64,000 bases of DNA from contig CAWCBN010000010.1 in the NCBI GenBank assembly GCA_963793795.1, positions 345,200-409,199 on the forward strand, given 5' to 3'. Position 1 is the first letter of the stretch; each line of letters begins with the position of its first letter. Both the position numbers and the translations under genes were made by a program. This document shows, piece by piece, positions 61,555-64,000 of the stretch. Source of the stretch: an uncultured Chloroflexia bacterium (lineage in GTDB: Bacteria; Chloroflexota; Anaerolineae; Anaerolineales; Villigracilaceae). The notes under the pieces were generated by a model that was given only the letters and a program-made list of their open reading frames with translations, did no database searches and was not told where the DNA came from.

Positions 61555-61943
61555 TTAGCGTGCACCACTATCGTAGATGATCGTCATCTCGGTCATTACC
61601 CCTTCCACAACAACGATCTGGTAATCCGTGGCAATGGGAAACTTATCCTCGCTATACGGGTGAATGTAATAGACGCCCGGCTCAATTTCGTATTCAAAGA
61701 TTCCTTCGTCATCCGTCAAAAAGCGGTCGATTTCTTCCATCTTCTGGTTGTAGACAACAAGCGTTGCCTGGTAAGGTACCTGGCTGAAACAGTCGGTGGC
61801 GACCTGTTCCCCGAACATTCTGCCAGGAAGACCTCACCCTTGATGCCGGTCTTGCCTGTCGGTGTGGGTGTGCCATCCGCGCCTCCACAGGCTGAGAGGA
61901 AAAGGACCAGGACCAGCAACGGGAATAAAATAACCTTCTTCAT
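61555..61943 (-). CDS. Small lipoprotein, one frameshift
   Basis: MKKVILFPLLVLVLFLSACGG (lipobox LSAC)...GIKGEVFL / ...FGEQVATDCFSQVPYQATLVVYNQKMEEIDRFLTDDEGIFEYEIEPGVYYI. This is beta-sandwich-like, resembling carboxypeptidase-regulatory-like domains. The frame change is near 61830. Confidence 0.55.
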
Positions 61944-61946
61944 TTA

Positions 61947-62729
61947 CTATGACTCCTTATTAGAATTTAAATTCATCTGCCAGAGAATGCGCAGACCGTC
62001 CAGTGTAAGCCATGGAGCAATGATATTGATCACCTTGGTCTCCCTGGCGACAATTTCTGCCAGCCCACCCGTGGCGATCACCTTCATGTTCTCACCAAGC
62101 TCAATGCGGAAGCGCGCCACCATCCCCTCGACCATGCTCACATATCCGAATAACAGACCCGATTGCATCGCATGGACCGTGTTCCTGCCGATGACATTCG
62201 GCGGGCGTTGCAGGTCGATGCGCGGCAGCTTGGCGGCACGGGCGAACAGCGCTTCTGCCGCCAGGTTGATGCCAGCCGTGATAGCCCCACCCAGGTAATC
62301 ACCTTCCTCGGTCAGCGCATTGAAAGTCGTTGCCGTCCCGAAATCGATGATGCACGCCGGGCCTCCATACAACTGCTTGGCTGCCACTGCATCGCACACC
62401 CGGTCTGCGCCGACTGCTTTTGGATCTTCGTAGCGAATGCGAATGCCAGTTTTGATTCCCGTGTCCACTACCAATGGTTCCAATTCGAGGTATTCGTGGC
62501 AGGCCTGGATCACGCGCCCGGTCAATGGGGGAACGACCGAGGCAAGGGAAATTCCCTCCAGGTCCTGGCGTTTGAGCCCGGCATGTTCGAGCAGCCCCAG
62601 TAACTGCAAGCCATATTCATCCGGCATGCGCGCATGGTCGGTTGCCAGGCGCCAGTGGAAGGCAAGCCTGTCGCCTTCGTAAAGGCCAATCGTCAAGTTG
62701 GTGTTGCCGACATCGATGGTGAGTAGCAT
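61947..62729 (-). CDS. coaX: Type III pantothenate kinase
   Basis: MLLTIDVGNTNLTIGLY..., IIDFGTATTF, GGLAEIV: the typical CoaX/Baf blocks. Intact 260 aa. Confidence 0.92.
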   Translation of the reverse strand: MLLTIDVGNTNLTIGLYEGDRLAFHWRLATDHARMPDEYGLQLLGLLEHAGLKRQDLEGISLASVVPPLTGRVIQACHEYLELEPLVVDTGIKTGIRIRYEDPKAVGADRVCDAVAAKQLYGGPACIIDFGTATTFNALTEEGDYLGGAITAGINLAAEALFARAAKLPRIDLQRPPNVIGRNTVHAMQSGLLFGYVSMVEGMVARFRIELGENMKVIATGGLAEIVARETKVINIIAPWLTLDGLRILWQMNLNSNKES

Positions 62730-62733
62730 GGGC

Positions 62734-64000
62734 TTATTTTACCGCTTCTATGATCTCCGCTACCAGATCATAACGCTGGAATTGCGGCATGATATAAACT
62801 CCCTGCGCCCAGGTCTTGACCTGTTCGATGAGCTCAATGGCGATGCGCACGCCTTCCCTGCTGGCGTCTTCTCCTGCCTTCTCCATCCTCCGGCGGGTTT
62901 CTTCGGGAACGACGATGCCGGGCACCTCGTTGTGCAGGAAATTGGCATGTTTCAAGCTGACCAGCGGCAGGATGCCCACCAACACAGGTTTATTCAGAGG
63001 AGATCCGTTACTCAAGGCGTATTGATCCAGGAAGGCTTTGGCCACCTGCGTGTCGTAGATAGGCTGGGTCAGGAAAAAGTCTGCGCCTGCTTTGACCTTG
63101 CGCTTCAAGTTCTTGATCTCACTCTCGACATCTGGTTGGCATAGGTTCAACGCCGCACCCACGAAGAATGCAGTCGGTTGCCCGATGGAAACGCCGGAAT
63201 GGTCGACTCCGCTGTTAAATCCTTGTTTGATGAGCTTGATCAAGCCGGAGGGCACCAGATCGTAGTTGTCGGTGGCTTCGGGATAGTCGCCGATCGAGGT
63301 GGGGTCGCCCATGACCACGAAAATATTCCGCAGATCCAAGGGCATGCGCGGCAAGCAGGTCGCCCTGCACACGCAGCAGGTTGCGCCCGCGCGTGGGGAA
63401 GTGTAGCGTTGTCTCGATGCCAACCTTGCGTTGGACGGTGTCACACACCGCCCAGGCGGACATCCTCATGCGCGCCATCGGGCTGTCAGCCACGTCGATC
63501 ACATCGGCTCCGGATTCCTTGAGCAGCGACGCCCCCGCGACCAGCTTCTGGGTGGCGAGACCGCGCGGCGGATCCATTTCGACGGCGAGGATGAATTTTC
63601 CTGCAGCCAGTTTCTGCGCCAGTTCGGAGGCGGCCTCTGCGGACTGGAAATCAACAGCTACATCGGAACTCGGAGCCAGGGCTTCAACGACTACAGAGTG
63701 GTTGGCAATCCAGTGTTTTGCGCATCGCGGCGATATGGTCGGGTGTCGTTCCGCAGCAGCCGCCGATGACATTCGCACCAGCTCTCCAAAAATCGAGCAC
63801 ATAATCACGGAAGTATTCCGGCGCAGCGGCGTACATGACGCGCCCACCAGCATGCTCCGGCCAGCCTGCATTCGGTTTTACCCAGTACCTTGCCCCGGGC
63901 ACCGCCTGGCGCATCTGGCGCAGGATGCGGATCAGTTGTGCGGGACCGCCGGAACAGTTGACGCCGATGACATCCGCCCCTGCAGCGTGCAAGGCGCGCG
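62734..64000 (-). CDS. yitJ: Bifunctional homocysteine S-methyltransferase / 5,10-methylenetetrahydrofolate reductase (YitJ-like), 5' end outside window, at least 2 frameshifts
   Basis: The Hcy-methyltransferase end GGCCGTTPDHI is in ORF 63684..63992. The MTHFR part FILAVEMDPPRG...HFPTRGRN is in 63215..63871, and IFVVMGDPTSIGDYPE...FFLTQPIYD...VLVGILPL is in 62734..63444. Frame changes are near 63700 and 63400. Confidence 0.85.

Noticed and set aside
1-64000. Programmed ribosomal frameshifting as an explanation for the many split genes.
   Set aside because: The breaks occur in unrelated genes, in both +1 and -1 directions, without slippery heptamers or downstream structures. Several are in short homopolymers. 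Indel error or decay is far more parsimonious.
1-64000. Scan for tRNA, rRNA, CRISPR arrays, transposases or integrases.
   Set aside because: None seen. There is no GGTTCGAATCC-type T-arm in the intergenic regions, no regularly spaced direct repeats with unique spacers, and no DDE or tyrosine/serine recombinase motifs in any frame I examined.

Overview
GC-rich bacterial chromosomal segment, probably Chloroflexota (Anaerolineae-like). That guess rests on DUF2298 'YYY' membrane proteins, archaeal-style upper mevalonate genes, T-box-controlled pheST and dnaA; it is inference only. No rRNA, tRNA, CRISPR array, transposase or integrase was seen.

Gene content in order:
- 1-6.2 kb: malic enzyme (5' partial), class I/II aminotransferase, a lipoprotein, an S9 peptidase.
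- 6.3-15 kb: a five-gene minus-strand redox operon. It encodes two tandem HdrA paralogues, an MvhD/Fe-S fusion, and two sulfhydrogenase/Flx-like subunits.
- 15.1-17.4 kb: an acyltransferase and comM/yifB.
- 18-21.1 kb: a visibly AT-rich island carrying a decayed AlbA_2-domain gene and a Panacea(SocA)-type antitoxin/toxin pair.
- 21.1-25.3 kb: a cyclase/NB-ARC/TPR STAND gene, flanked by ghost fragments of comM and of the hexosaminidase gene.
- 25.3-30.7 kb: GH20 hexosaminidase, dnaA, a DevS-like tandem-GAF histidine kinase.
- 30.7-35 kb: an upper mevalonate operon (class II HMG-CoA reductase, HMG-CoA synthase, thiolase, DUF35).
- 35.4-42.2 kb: small accessory genes, a duplicated nadD 5' end bracketing a three-gene module, nadD, an MFS transporter, an epimerase.
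- 42.3-55.8 kb: an envelope glycosylation cluster (two DUF2298 proteins, one a roughly 1670-aa GT-C fusion; a GT39-like enzyme; two methyltransferases; a GT4).
- 55.9-64 kb: CDF transporter, pheT, a four-helix-bundle gene, pheS with a Phe T-box leader, a lipoprotein, coaX, and a YitJ-like homocysteine methyltransferase/MTHFR fusion (3' part only).

Main observations:
1. Both HdrA genes carry an in-frame TGA exactly on the conserved DCxxC cysteine, so selenocysteine is predicted. A 23-nt block just downstream is identical in both copies and can form a hairpin.
2. The larger HdrA has a roughly 480-aa GltD/NfnB-like NAD(P)H module inserted, and no hdrBC is nearby.
3. At least about 35 single-base frame disruptions hit many genes, including the essential pheS, pheT and nadD. 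These look like indel errors in the sequence rather than biology, so every 'frameshifted' call carries that caveat.
4. The comM-hex interval looks like a nested insertion hotspot.
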